64,000 nt of DNA from Tubiluchus corallicola (taxonomy: Eukaryota; Animalia; Priapulida), in assembly GCA_030141605.1 (NCBI GenBank), contig JAQGDQ010002366.1, positions 876,660 to 940,659 on the forward strand, read 5' to 3'. The notes below the pieces were generated by a model. That model saw nothing but the letters and a program-made list of their open reading frames with translations. It did not search any database and was not told the DNA's origin. This document shows positions 37,701-50,183 of the stretch, piece after piece; position 1 is the stretch's first letter, and every line of letters starts with the position of its first letter. Position numbers and translations under genes: made by a program.

Positions 37701-39677
37701 CTTTTCTCAGCTTCTTCCTTCCTCTATGTTCGGGAATGAGAGAAAAAGTGGGTACGACAAAAACAGGTAGTCACTGAAAATGATATGGGGAAAAAGAATT
37801 GAGACGGCAGGGTGAAGTGGGGGACAGGAGGAGAGACTGCTTATCCTTTGCTTATCCAGCGCTCCCTCTATCTTTGCCTAGTGTTTTCGTCTTCTAATAC
37901 TTCAGTTCTTAAAAAGGCGTGCATTTTCTGGTTCATAGCACTTATACCATTCATATGGCGATGGACTTGAGTCTTTCTAAGCTCAAAAAGCGTAATTGAA
38001 TTTGACGATGAACGTAGCTATATTTAAATGTGCAGCAGGATGCTTGCGAGCAGTTGCTACCCTGTGAATTTTACATTGCAGTCGCGTAAATTGTTTTAGG
38101 TCTCATAAAGAATCTGCGAATTCGCAATTTCGTGTTTCGTTTGTGTATTTGTCAGCAACGTTTTTTCATTCTAACCCATTCAGCTCTCGTGGACTGTAAT
38201 CTGCTCGCAATCAAGATGCCCAGTCTTGCAGCTCGCGTGGAGAGTTTATGAGCTTGCAATCAAGATACCCAAACTTGCAGCTAATTTCCAACATTTTGCT
38301 AGCGATGAATCAGCCAGGATTTCAATCAGAATTTGAGCAGCAGCATCTATTTACTCTGTGATGCGTTTTTACTTATTTGATTGCTTGGTTATTATGAGGC
38401 TTTCAGCAACCTCAGGTTTTATTATATAATTTCCATTAAAATGTAGTACCATATTAAACGCCAAGTGATACTGTGCTGTACATCAACTTGCATTGAATTT
38501 AAATGGCCTTTGGTCAGAAAGGATGTAGAGTTTAGAGCTATTGGCGTTTTTTTCCTGTTCTGCCTTCTCCATTGCCCATGATTTTTCATTACTTACTATA
38601 AAGATAGAAAAATTTCGGAAATTTGACCTTTGACCTTGAACAACCTAAGTAATTGACAGTCGTTAATTATATTTGACTCAGTAACGATTGTCCCCCATAT
38701 ATGTTGCCTAAGTTTGGTAGCTCAACTCTGTAACAAAGTTTGTGTGGTAATTAGTCTTTGGCTTTAAACCACGTATTCAAGGTTACCCAAGTCTCATATA
38801 GGACTGCCTCCTAAATGGTCTAAAACCTCTTCGTCTTTTGCTGCCACAGGTTACGTATACTTAGTTTCCCAAATCTTTTTACTCTGTATTATCAATTTGC
38901 TGCAATTTGATGTTCACTGACTGACTAATTGAGTCACTCATTCGCATTGTTACTAAGAAGTCCAGATTAATGTTTGGAATTATATAAGTATGCCTTCTGT
39001 ATAATTACTCTTCAAAAACACTCTCTTTTGCAATTTTTTCCTTTATTGTTATAAGTTTTTAAATTTTCGCGAAAATTATGTAAATATTGGTACATGTGCC
39101 TGTTATTGTTCACTCCTATTCCATTTTGCTTTTTTGTTCGTGAATTGTAAAACCTCTACAAACATCACTGTCTATGTAAATTCATATTATGTATCAATAT
39201 TGCGCAAAGGTTTTGTGCAACGTTTCATCCGTAGGAAATTGCCCAGATCGCGTCTTTTGTAAAAGGTTATAAAACGTGTAACTGTCTTTATTTCAGAGTT
39301 ATTACGCCTTGTCTGAAGGTTATGGCTGAAGGTTTTCTGCGTGCATATTTTCTAGACCTTGTGAACGCGTCTTATGCGACGTTTCTGTAAAAGATCTTAA
39401 ACTTGTGTTAGTTCTTTTTTGCAAGACGTTTGTCCCAGCTATACCAATAATAAAGAATTTCATTGAAGGTTCAAAGTGTATCTTGTAGACCAAAGCCGTG
39501 TTTATACTAGGAAGCGGATATGGAACGTTTCGCAGCTTTGGTGACCATGTCCACTTGTACACCCGTTTGCACGGTGCACTGATAACTAAATAGTGTGGAT
39601 ATGTGAACTTCCATTGCCTTTGCATCGTTAAAAACCCACTAAGAGCTTTTGCACGCAATGTGAATGAAGAAATGTCC

Positions 39678-39900
39678 TAATAATAACAACAACAATAATA
39701 ACCTTTATTTAAAGTAGGTTTTAAATTCAACAGACAACACAAGCCTTACATGAGGCTTTTGTCGCCCACTGTACATAACAAGCTACACCTACACATAACA
39801 AAGATTATTATTACTACACTTTTACGGTAAATACCACTCACCAGGCCGGGCAACAGAATGTACCATTTTTTAAGATCTTCGGTATGACCCAGCCGCAGTA
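39678..39900 (-). mobile_element. SINE copy 2
   Basis: Aligns by eye with 12150-12315 (taaattcaacagacaacacaagc...ggcaaca...taccatttttt...cttcggtatgacc); short (AAT/AAC)n tail. Confidence 0.7.
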
Positions 39901-42173
39901 CGCCCATCTACAGCACTTTTAATAGTTTCTGTGTTTTCATATTTGTGATTTCACTTTTTATACTAGCACTTGAACTATAATGGAAATAACATGCATGTAT
40001 CATGTTCCTTGTGTACCCATGGAAAAAATAAATGTCTATTCTATTCCATTCTGTTCTATTTAGTGTTAGCCTGTGCTGTGGCTGTGTACATCTTCTGTGG
40101 CTGCGTTAGAGGTGTAGTCATGGAAAATCGCTTAACGATTTCTCTGGCGTGTGATTGTCTGCAAGAGATCCGGGCCTAAAAATTACATTGTGTGCAAATT
40201 ACTTTCTGCTTAGTGTGAACGGGTTTCAAGTCATTTACTGTTACAAACATACGATTATCATATTATGAGAAAGCAAATGGCGAGCGGGAATAGAGAGTTA
40301 AAACAACAAATATGACTAATTGGTCTGAATTTGCATAATGTCGTATTTCATTCGCATATTACGAGCACAATTTGCATACGTTAAATTCTCGCTGGTTAAT
40401 GACTCTATCCCTCCCGGCTTGCTGATTCGCAATATATGCGCCGCTATGATTTTGTTTGGAGAAAATACGCAAATGCTCAGGCGTGCGTGAATAATGCGTA
40501 ATTATTGATCATCCGTGACTGATTCTCTTGTTAATTTTCACTTTAATTCTGCCCACTAACGTTTATAAATCTCCAAATTAAATCACATTGGATGTAGATA
40601 TTCAAGTGACTGATGTTCTATTCACCTACTCATGGCATTTTTTCTAGAAACAAAACTACTTTAGGCATCATCAGACACCAGTTAAACACATTTATTATGT
40701 TTCGTACACTGCAGTATATGAAGCCCTCAAACTTCAAAATGGTTTGTCAACTTTAATGTGCGCCTCTTTGGTCTCATTTCAAATCTATTTTTGGCTGTAT
40801 CTATAATAGTAACCTTATAATAGTAAGAATTACTGATGCTAATTCTAATATAACAGTAATGCTAGTAACTTTATTTGAAGTGAATGGTGTCATACAAAAA
40901 CTGGCATGTGCAGCACTTAATTTGACTATTTCCAAGTTTGTCTTTCTCAATTCGATTTTCTAGTTATCTTACAATCTGATCTACATACTGATTGTCACAT
41001 CTGTGACATTTGAAACTATTACTACATGGGCAAGACCAAAATGCTTAGGAGTATCTCTTTTTTTGAAAAACAAAGCAGTGGATATATTCTTTGTACATTC
41101 TAACAAAAATGGGATGAGTTTTATCAAAATTTATAACATTTCACTTAATAATTTGCTCTGAAATAATTGCGATTTTGCGATACCTAAATTCATTTTGTGT
41201 AACGCAAATTTATATTCTTAATGTCAAGAATAGTACAGCTACTGAAAAATCAAACAAATGAAGATTTTTACAATTGTGAGATTTTTCATTAATTTACTTT
41301 ACATATTAGAATATTAAGACTATATATTAGATTGACGATGGTTTTCATTCATTTAATTACTACCTCCAACTATCCAGCGTCTTCAGCTGAAGTGTTTCTC
41401 CACAGTTAGAGAGTACAGCTTTAACCAGCTTCTATGGCTTCTCTTTGATTATATGGTTTATTTCTCTTCATGATGTTTTATTGCCCCGGAAGTGGGCCAA
41501 TGGGCCATCGTGATACACACAACAAACTCTTGACTGTTTTTTTAAGGTTCTTAAGGAATATGTAATCTTCCTTTCATTAGACGCGCTTGGTAGCTTTATT
41601 CGAAAAAAGTGTCCAAATGTGGCTAGTTTAAAAAGGTAAACAGAGGGATCTAAAGTCAAATTTTTGTCACCTGTATTAATTCACATTTTTCCCACATTAG
41701 CGAAACTGTAAAAATGTAGTAATTGGATTACATTTAACTGCATTTAGTCATTAAACGAAATTTTCCAGTTATGCGGTTTATTAGAAAAAACTCTATAGAA
41801 GCGCTTTTAAATCATCATCATTATCATTATCATCATCAACATTATCATCATCATCATAATCATCGGCATCATCATGACCACCATCATCACACCGCCGTAG
41901 CGACCATCATCTGTTTCTGTTTATCTGTATTTGAGTGTACTTTACTATGTTTCTTAGAGGTTGTAAGAATTACGATAAGAAAACCATAAGTTGTCAGAAA
42001 GCACAAAATTTCAATATAGTCAATTTCTATTTTTTTTTGCTTTATTTTTTATCCGCTGTGCCACAATTTAATTTGCAGACTCAACAATGTATTGCAACTT
42101 GAAATTGCAATTTAAATGTGATCAGTATAATATAATTATAGCCTTTTACATTTGAGTTTTCTGTTTTTTGCAG

Positions 42174-42244
42174 GTGTCAATAGTTAGTTGGCAATTTATA
42201 GCTGCTATGGATCATGCAGACTGTCCTAGAAAGACAGCACATAT
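42174..42244 (+). CDS. TMEM8: TMEM8/PGAP6-family exon (VSIVSWQFIAAMDHADCPRKTAH)
   Basis: ttttttgcag| acceptor, at|gtaagt donor; 71 nt, phase 0 to 2, joins both neighbours in frame. Confidence 0.8.
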
Positions 42245-42855
42245 GTAAGTAATGCTATGAAATCTAGGAACCCTTCTGCTATAGGTGAAAGAAACACTTT
42301 AATGGTTTTATTTTTAGACTGTATTTACAATGTTCATGCACACTTACTTCTTAAATTATTATCAGTTGAATGGTGTTTATTTTTCTAAATTATGAAAGTT
42401 GAACTGAAATGTTCATGTGAAACATTTCAATCACCGGCAATCCGTAGTTGGCTGCGCAGGCTTAAGCCTACTCTTTGAGTATAAGTACTTTTTGCAGTGG
42501 TAATAGAAAACGTAAAGTATTTGCAACACATTTAGGACAAAATAAATGGTATTTCGTTGTATTTTGCAAATTGTCAAAATAGGACAATGTGCTATTTAAT
42601 AAAATATTTTTGATTTCCTCGCTTTTTCCTAGGTACAATTATCTTTGTGTTCATTTTGGACATTGGTGGAAAAAGTTATGTATGTAAATTTCGCGAACAG
42701 GAAATAAAAATTTTATGCAAATTAATTTTGCAAATATAATAACCACTCGTAGCACTTGTGTTGTTTTAGTACTTCTGACTTCCAGCTGCAGTTGTGTGGT
42801 GCCATCTGCTGTCCGCTGACACAAAGTATTGGCATGTTTCTGTTTTATTTTTCAG

Positions 42856-43072
42856 AGCACTTAAGCATGGTACGTATCCTGTTGTAGATCCTTTCAATTC
42901 TTCATTTCCACCAGATGTATATATTGATACTCAAAAAATTTATCAACTTGAAACCACAGCTTCGTATTTACCGGAAACTTCGCTGGGCTTCAGTATTATT
43001 AATCCTCAGCCTGGGAGCTGGTTTGCCATTGCCTACTTACCCCCACCTGGCGGCGAGGAAATAAAACAACAG
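42856..43072 (+). CDS. TMEM8: TMEM8/PGAP6-family exon (ALKHGTYPVVDPFNSSFP...NPQPGSWFAIAYLP...)
   Basis: tttttcag| and cag|gtaggc, phase 2 to 0; G..PV..P...FP and P.PG.WF..A.LP motifs typical of TMEM8. Confidence 0.9.
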
Positions 43073-43432
43073 GTAGGCATTTACACTGTTTATTAGCACA
43101 TGAACTAAAAGCTTTGCCATGTTTTCACTGGTAAAACGTTAAACTCTTAAAAAGTGTTTTGTAAAATTTTGTGCTTATCGTTTACTTGATGGTGAACAGT
43201 TTTTATTTATTTATTTGTACCATTCATTCGTACTCTTATACTGTACAACAAATAAACAAAAAAAAACACAATGCACGATAAGAATTATGATATAAATTAG
43301 TTCAAACTGTTGAAATTGCAATTAAACATATGCATATTGTGAGCCACAAAACTTAATTTTTTGCTTTACTTACATTCTACATGTTACTGTATTGTATTTG
43401 TTTTACGTGATGGTTGTTTTTATATTTTACAG

Positions 43433-43566
43433 GGTATAGGTTTAAGTTGTAAATATAGTTTAGGATCTCTCGCACTGTGGTCACCATCAGAAGATATTAC
43501 TCTGCTAGTCTCAGACAGGACGGTGCAGCAAACTCTGTCATACAAGGAGCTGTACTCTTATTTTAA
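43433..43566 (+). CDS. TMEM8: TMEM8/PGAP6-family exon (GIGLSCKY...YSYF)
   Basis: ttttacag| and aa|gtaagc; 134 nt, phase 0 to 2. Confidence 0.85.
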
Positions 43567-44539
43567 GTAAGCTTTGTTAAGTAACTATGTTTTAGCATCT
43601 GCTGTATGTCTATACTGCTTTGATAAGATTTCTCAAATAAATGGCTCTGTATGTTATTACAGTTATTTGGGGGGTTACCACTTTTACATTTATTTTTTGC
43701 ATGCACACAGGGGTACAACCAGGTTTGAAAGTTTGGGAGTGCAAGCACATAAAAAATGTGTCGTGACACGTAAAGCAAGTATATGTTTGTCTATGCCATA
43801 ACGAACAGTAGCAATTTGATCCTTGGTTCAATCAGTCAACCTTGACAAATGAGTTACATAAATGCACACTCATTTTGAAAACACAGGAGGCAGGTTGGTC
43901 AAGTAAAAGTAATGACTCCAGAAAATTCCTCCAAGGCCATGCAATTAAAAAAATATAAAAGATTCGACTTTTATTGCACAAGTAAAAAACTGTTGAAAAG
44001 GCACTGATTTTGAAAAATACATTCCTGGAATGGGTTGCTCCCCTTACTCCTTTATTAGCTACACAACTGTATGCACAGCATACACAAAATTTGTATGAAA
44101 AGCAAGTCAAGCAAAAATTTATGAAACACGAAAACATTTTTTACTAGCCAGCTGTAAGCGTTTTGTTATACTTTATTGTTTGTCTAAATCAAGAAATACT
44201 TTCAGTACTTTGTAGTTGCCTGTATTGTTTATATAAATTATTGATATGACCTTACTTAAAAAAAGCTTACTCTGCAAGACTAATATAGTTATTATTTCAT
44301 TTTTGTATTGAAAATACATAGCTGCCTTGCTTTGAATTATTCCTGAAATGGCAGGGAAAATTCAGCAAATAAAACTGCCATTGTGTCTCTAAATTCAAAT
44401 TAAACTCATCATTAACCATTAAGTAGTATTTGAGATTATTAGTCTGTAGATGGCACTGCATGCACTGCATGGCTACTTGTTTGATCTGATTCTTAGAAGG
44501 AATTAATAAGTAAGTTGGTCACTGAATCTTTAGATGTGC

Positions 44540-44937
<398 letters not shown>

Positions 44938-45080
44938 ATTATTATTGTATGTCATGTTTGGATGGCAATTGATGCATATATGTTACATTAGTTTGCTGAC
45001 TGCACTGTTTAGACTGTATAGACTATATTGAACACAACTAATGACAGTTGAATTATAACATTTTTCTGTTTCCCTTGCAG

Positions 45081-45352
45081 ATTTTATGTGCCAGAATCAG
45101 CTTTCTCATTCAGTGTGATCGTCAGCAACTGTTTTCTTCCAAACAACGGTAGCCAAATACCATGCAATTTAATATACAGCCTCCGTGGTGGAGCTTTTCC
45201 ATACTTGGACACCGATGCCGTCTGGTGCAATACTAGTCAACCCTGTAAATTTGATCAAACTCATCCAGAGCTTGAGAAATATTATTATGTAACTGTAAAG
45301 AAAGTGAAACACGATATTGAGATCGGATTCTCGATATCAGTTTCATTAGTAG
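45081..45352 (+). CDS. TMEM8: TMEM8/PGAP6-family exon (FYVPESAF...SISVSLV)
   Basis: cccttgcag| and g|gtaatt; 272 nt, phase 2 to 1. Confidence 0.88.
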
Positions 45353-45554
45353 GTAATTTCATGTTTCATATCATAATTTCCAAGTTTCAGATTTTTACTG
45401 TGATCCAATTATTATAATTATACAAATAACTTTAGGAACACTGTTAGTGCAGGTGATGTTATTCACTTAGAAAACCAATTCTTTTCAGAGAAGCTTAAAA
45501 ACTGTATTACTCTGTATTATAATTTGTAAAACAACTGTTTTATTTAGAAATGTA

Positions 45555-45833
45555 CAGGTAGTCGCCAATTTACGACGTGTGAAACTCATCACCATTCTAC
45601 GGAAACGCAACTTAATTAATGAACGATACAAAACTATTAATAACTCCTATTTCCTTCTTTTTTTAAGTAAATTAATTTTTAAATGCCACCTTATCACCCA
45701 TGAACGGTGCCATACTTAGTGCACAACATCTTCCATCTAGGGGCACACCACTTGAACATACAGGTCTGACTTGTGTCCAAATTACCTTACAGTCAATTCA
45801 CCAGAACCGGTCGTGGTCGTAAGCCAACAACTG
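45555..45833. mobile_element. Degenerate Tigger/pogo-like MITE
   Basis: ta|caggtagtcgccaatttacgac ... gtcgtaagccaacaactg|ta, imperfect inverted ends. Confidence 0.45.
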
Positions 45834-45837
45834 TACT

Positions 45838-47275
45838 GTGCTTTTTGTGTGAATGTGTTACCTGTATTGTGTTTTTCTGTTTGAATGTGTTACCTGTATT
45901 GTGTTTTTTGTTTGAATGTGTTACCTGTATTGTGTTTTTTGTTTGAACGTGTTACCTGTATTGTGTTTTTTTGTTTGAATGTGTTACCTGTTTTGTGTTT
46001 TTTTGTTTGAATGTGTTACCTGTATTGTGTTTTTTTGTGTGAATGTGTTACCTGTATTGTGTTTTTTTTTTGTTTGAATGTGTTACCTGTATTGTGTTTT
46101 TTGTTTGAATGTGTTACCTGTATTGTGTTTTTTGTTTGAGTGTGTTACCTGTATTGTGTTTTTTGTTTGAATGTGTTACCTGTATTGTGTTTTTTGTTTG
46201 AATGTGTTACCTGTATTGTGTTTTTTGTTTGAATGTGTTACCTGTATTGTGTTTTTTGTTTGAATGTGTTACCTGTATTGTGTTTTTTTGTTTGAATGTG
46301 TTACCTGTATTGTGTTTTTTGTTTGAATGTGTTACCTGTATTGTGTTTTTTGTTTGAATGTGTTACCTGTATTGTGTTTTTTGTTTGAATGTGTTACCTG
46401 TGTTACCTGTATTGTGTTTTTTGTTTGAATGTGTTACCTGTATTGTGTTTTTTGTTTGAATGTGTTACCTGTATTGTGTTTTTTGTTTGAATGTGTTACC
46501 TGTATTGTGTTTTTTTGTTTGAATGTGTTACCACCTGTATTGTGTTTTTTGTTTGAATGTGTTACCTGTATTGTGTTTTTTTTGTTTGAATGTGTTACCT
46601 GTATTGTGTTTTTTGTTTGAATGTGTTACCTGTATTGTGTTTTTTGTTTGAATGTGTTACCTGTATTGTGTTTTTTGTTTGAATGTGTTACCTGTATTGT
46701 GTTTTTTGTTTGAATGTGTTACCTGTATTGTGTTTTTTGTTCGAATGTGTTACCTGTATTGTGTTTTTTGTTTGAATGTGTTACCTGTATTGTGTTTTTT
46801 GTTTGAATGTATTACCTGTATTGTGTTTTTTGTTTGAATGTGTTACCTGTATTGTGTTTTTTTCTTTGAATGTGTTACCACCTGTATTGTGTTTTTTGTT
46901 TGAATGTGTTACCTGTATTGTGTTTTTTTGTGTGAATGTGTTACCTGTATTGTGTTTTTTTTGTTTGAATGTGTTACCTGTATTGTGTTTTTTGTTTGAA
47001 TGTGTTACCTGTATTGTGTTTTTTGTTTGAGTGTGTTACCTGTATTGTGTTTTTTGTTTGAATGTGTTACCTGTATTGTGTTTTTTTGTTTGAATGTGTT
47101 ACCACCTGTATTGTGTTTTTTGTTTGAATGTGTTACCTGTATTGTGTTTTTTGTTTGAATGTGTTACCTGTATTGTGTTTTTTGTTTGAATGTGTTACCT
47201 GTGTTACCTGTATTGTGTTTTTTGTTTGAATGTGTTACCTGTATTGCGTTTTTTGTGTGACTGTGTTACTTGGAT
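45838..47275 (+). repeat. 31-bp intronic minisatellite, about 45 copies
   Basis: Unit tgtgttacctgtattgtgttttttgtttgaa with a variable T-run; source of the spurious Cys/Phe/Val ORFs at 46429-47030. Confidence 0.97.
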
Positions 47276-47942
47276 TGTGTTTTTGTGTTTGACCAACACA
47301 TATTGCATAACCCTCACTATAGTATGGGCTTTTGCAACTTAAAATCCTGCTTTCATTACAGGTTTTCAATTTGTTTTATTATAAACTTACTGTAAAACTT
47401 GTTTCTTTTAATTTTTTATCATTTCATTGTTAATGGTACTAAATTTAAAGAATGCGTCTTTTTTGTTGCACGAGACAAATGGCGTTATGAGTACAGTCAC
47501 GAGGTCACCAAAGATCAGTAAACAAACATTATTAAGCAGTGGTGTTTTCTGTACCTTGTACATCATTCATGTTCACTCGTGCAAAAGTCGCAAAACGTGG
47601 CTATCTTTATGGTAATGCATGTGTTCGAAATTTGCCAGAAAAAGGTAAGTTATTTAGTTTATAAGTCTCTGTTGTTTAATAATAACTATGAATTCTTTGT
47701 GTAATCGTAATCATGCGTTAAAAACCGTTTATGTCTGTTGGGGTTGTATAGGTCTTCAAATGAATTAAAACTTTACTAGGGCTATTGTAGGCAGTTCATC
47801 AGAAATTTATTAAACTGAGACAGATGTCATAGCACTTGTTGCTTGACAGCTTCACTTTGCTTGTTTAATATGTAAAATTAAAGACTTTGTTCACATTCTA
47901 CAAGTGTTTTTAAATCAGTTTGTTAATATTGATAATTTTTAG

Positions 47943-48334
47943 TTTGCAGATACTCTCATCACATTGAGGCGGTAGAAGCAAAGTATCCGATCATCAGTAA
48001 CTTTGTGCATACTGAATCAAGTACTGTTATTTTCCATGAAAATGTGACTCATCCTAAACTCTATCCGGGCATTCACGTTTTAGTGAATAAAACTAGTGCA
48101 GCCGTGCACAAGCCAAAAATTGGACCTCTGTGCGAGCCAATATTACCGCTAGTCAGATTTAAGCATGTAGGCGACTTTTCGGACACATTTATTATATATC
48201 AAGACTCTCGCTACACCAAGGTTGTGAAAGTTTCCGATAAAACTGTGTCGCCTTTTGTTTTTGAGCTGTTGTCATTTGTGGACATCGGCGGAACTCTAAA
48301 ATTTCAGTTTTCATTTGATGAAGTTAATATGATA
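47943..48334 (+). CDS. TMEM8: TMEM8/PGAP6-family exon (CRYSHH...CEPILPLVR...DIGGTL...)
   Basis: tttttag| (phase 1) and ata|gtaagt (phase 0); D.GG.L motif of TMEM8. Confidence 0.88.
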
Positions 48335-49297
48335 GTAAGTTTAATACAGTGTAATATACTGTATTCAGAATACTAGTTTATTACATCACACTTTATCTAT
48401 AAACTGTACATTTTAATAATTATGAATGCTACACATTATCAAAATAAGATTATTTGTTAATTTTTATATATTGATAATTTCAATTTCATCTAAAAAACTT
48501 AGCATTTCAAACAATATTACAGTGTTGGATAATTCTGAGTAATTTAGGTCTTTACTAATCTGCAAAAACTATTACAAAAATCCCAAAACTATACTATTAT
48601 TATTGTAATGCCAGCCAATTCATCCTGGTGACTTGTTCTTATTGCCATTACTTGTTTGATGTTAATCACTGAGTTAATGTTTGATGGTGTAAATTATTAT
48701 TATGCTTTTTTACTTTCTGTAAGGTTGACACTGATACTAGACCCAATAATTTCTTCAACTCCTATACCAAAGGAAAAAGTAGTTAGAAAATTGCATCGCC
48801 ATGTGTGCCATGATTGCTGCACTACAAATCTCGTTGACAATTTCTACAGAGTTCTATAGACACCTTTAATTGAAAAGACAAAACTAAGCATCAGCATGTC
48901 ATAGACCTTTATTAGGCTTATGCAAATTTCCTAACCTTTGGTTTTTTTGCTGTAAATCCCTTATTACACATACTGTTATGTCTGTTTAAGAAGTCAGTAA
49001 GCAGTGTTTTCTTTTCAAAAATAATCCAACTAAAGCAGCGTTTATCTAACATCTGGAATATGTATGCATTATGCTTTATCCACCTGTGGAATAGTTGCAG
49101 AATAAAAGTCAATTGGAAACAGTTGGATAAAAAAATAATGCATAACTCAGGTCTGATAAACGGGTGCGTTGGAAACAATATAAACCGATTTTATCTATTC
49201 TATTCTGCATCCACATAATGCATAAACATTCTGGATGCTAGATGAATGCCACTTAATCCTAAGCAAATACATAGTTTAGCATACTATATTGTTGTAG

Positions 49298-49512
49298 AAT
49301 GCGACTACACAGCAAATTGTCATCGTTGCTTGCTTGAGGCAGCAAGGATTACCTCGATACAAAGATCACAAGCTGCAATGTGAGAAAAATATGATGTTGA
49401 TTATTGATTCTGGAAAGAACATCATGTCCCAGAAGAAGCTCTTTCCGTATCCGGATCCGGGAAAGTGGTACTTCATGTTGCAGACATCATGCTACATTAA
49501 AACACCAACCTT
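49298..49512 (+). CDS. TMEM8: TMEM8/PGAP6-family exon (NATTQQIVIVACLRQQGLP...FPYPDPGKWYF)
   Basis: ttgttgtag| and tt|gtatgc, phase 0 to 2; PYP..G.WY motif. Confidence 0.88.
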
Positions 49513-50031
49513 GTATGCAACTTATTATTATGATTTCATAATTTTGTGTAGCTGTTTTTATCTTAAATTTACTACTTAATGTGTTTAGCCTTTAGTGTGA
49601 TAATTTTGCCAGTCCTTCACGGTACAAATATAAAACCAAATTTTTTAATCTTGTTAATATTTTTTAAAATATCACAATTTAGGGCTTTGTTTTAAGTGCT
49701 TTGGAAAAAAAATGTTGACAGTTACAATGCAGCAGCTTTGTTGTTTTACCGTGAAATACATTTTCAATACAACAAAATGAGTTATATCCTTGTTAGTAAT
49801 GCACAGCAGAATGCAACGATTTGATATAAAACAATGCAAACTTTTAACAGTAGTATTACAATTCAACTTAATTTGCATACAGTAACTTACTGGATAGAAT
49901 TGCTGGGAAATTCCTGATCTGCTCCACAGTTTTACTTTATTATTGCTCCATTAAACAGTGTGAAATTCTATATAGCACTAATCAATCTAAAGTTTTTAGC
50001 TGAAAGACAACTTAAAGATGATGTTTTGCAG

Positions 50032-50183
50032 AGAAAGGATACCAGTTGCTTGCAGCAAGCCAGTATCAGTAAAGCTTGACGTGCGGACCAGTGCCTGTGA
50101 TGACCATTATTGTGGTAAATATGGTGTATGTCCGGAATCTCATCGTGGTCAATTCTATTTCACATCCTGCTCTTGTTTAGTCG
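50032..50183 (+). CDS. TMEM8: TMEM8/PGAP6-family exon, EGF-like domain (CDDHYCGKYGVC...SCSC)
   Basis: ttttgcag| and g|gtgagt, phase 2 to 1; Cys spacing completed by GYRGWDC in the next exon. Confidence 0.92.

Noticed and set aside
46429-47030. Cys/Phe/Val-rich repeat ORFs
   Set aside because: Translations of the 31-bp minisatellite within a TMEM8 intron; frames shift with T-run length.
47950-47950. Alternative acceptor tttgcag| for the 47943 exon
   Set aside because: It would be phase 2 and break the frame set by the phase-1 donor at 45352.
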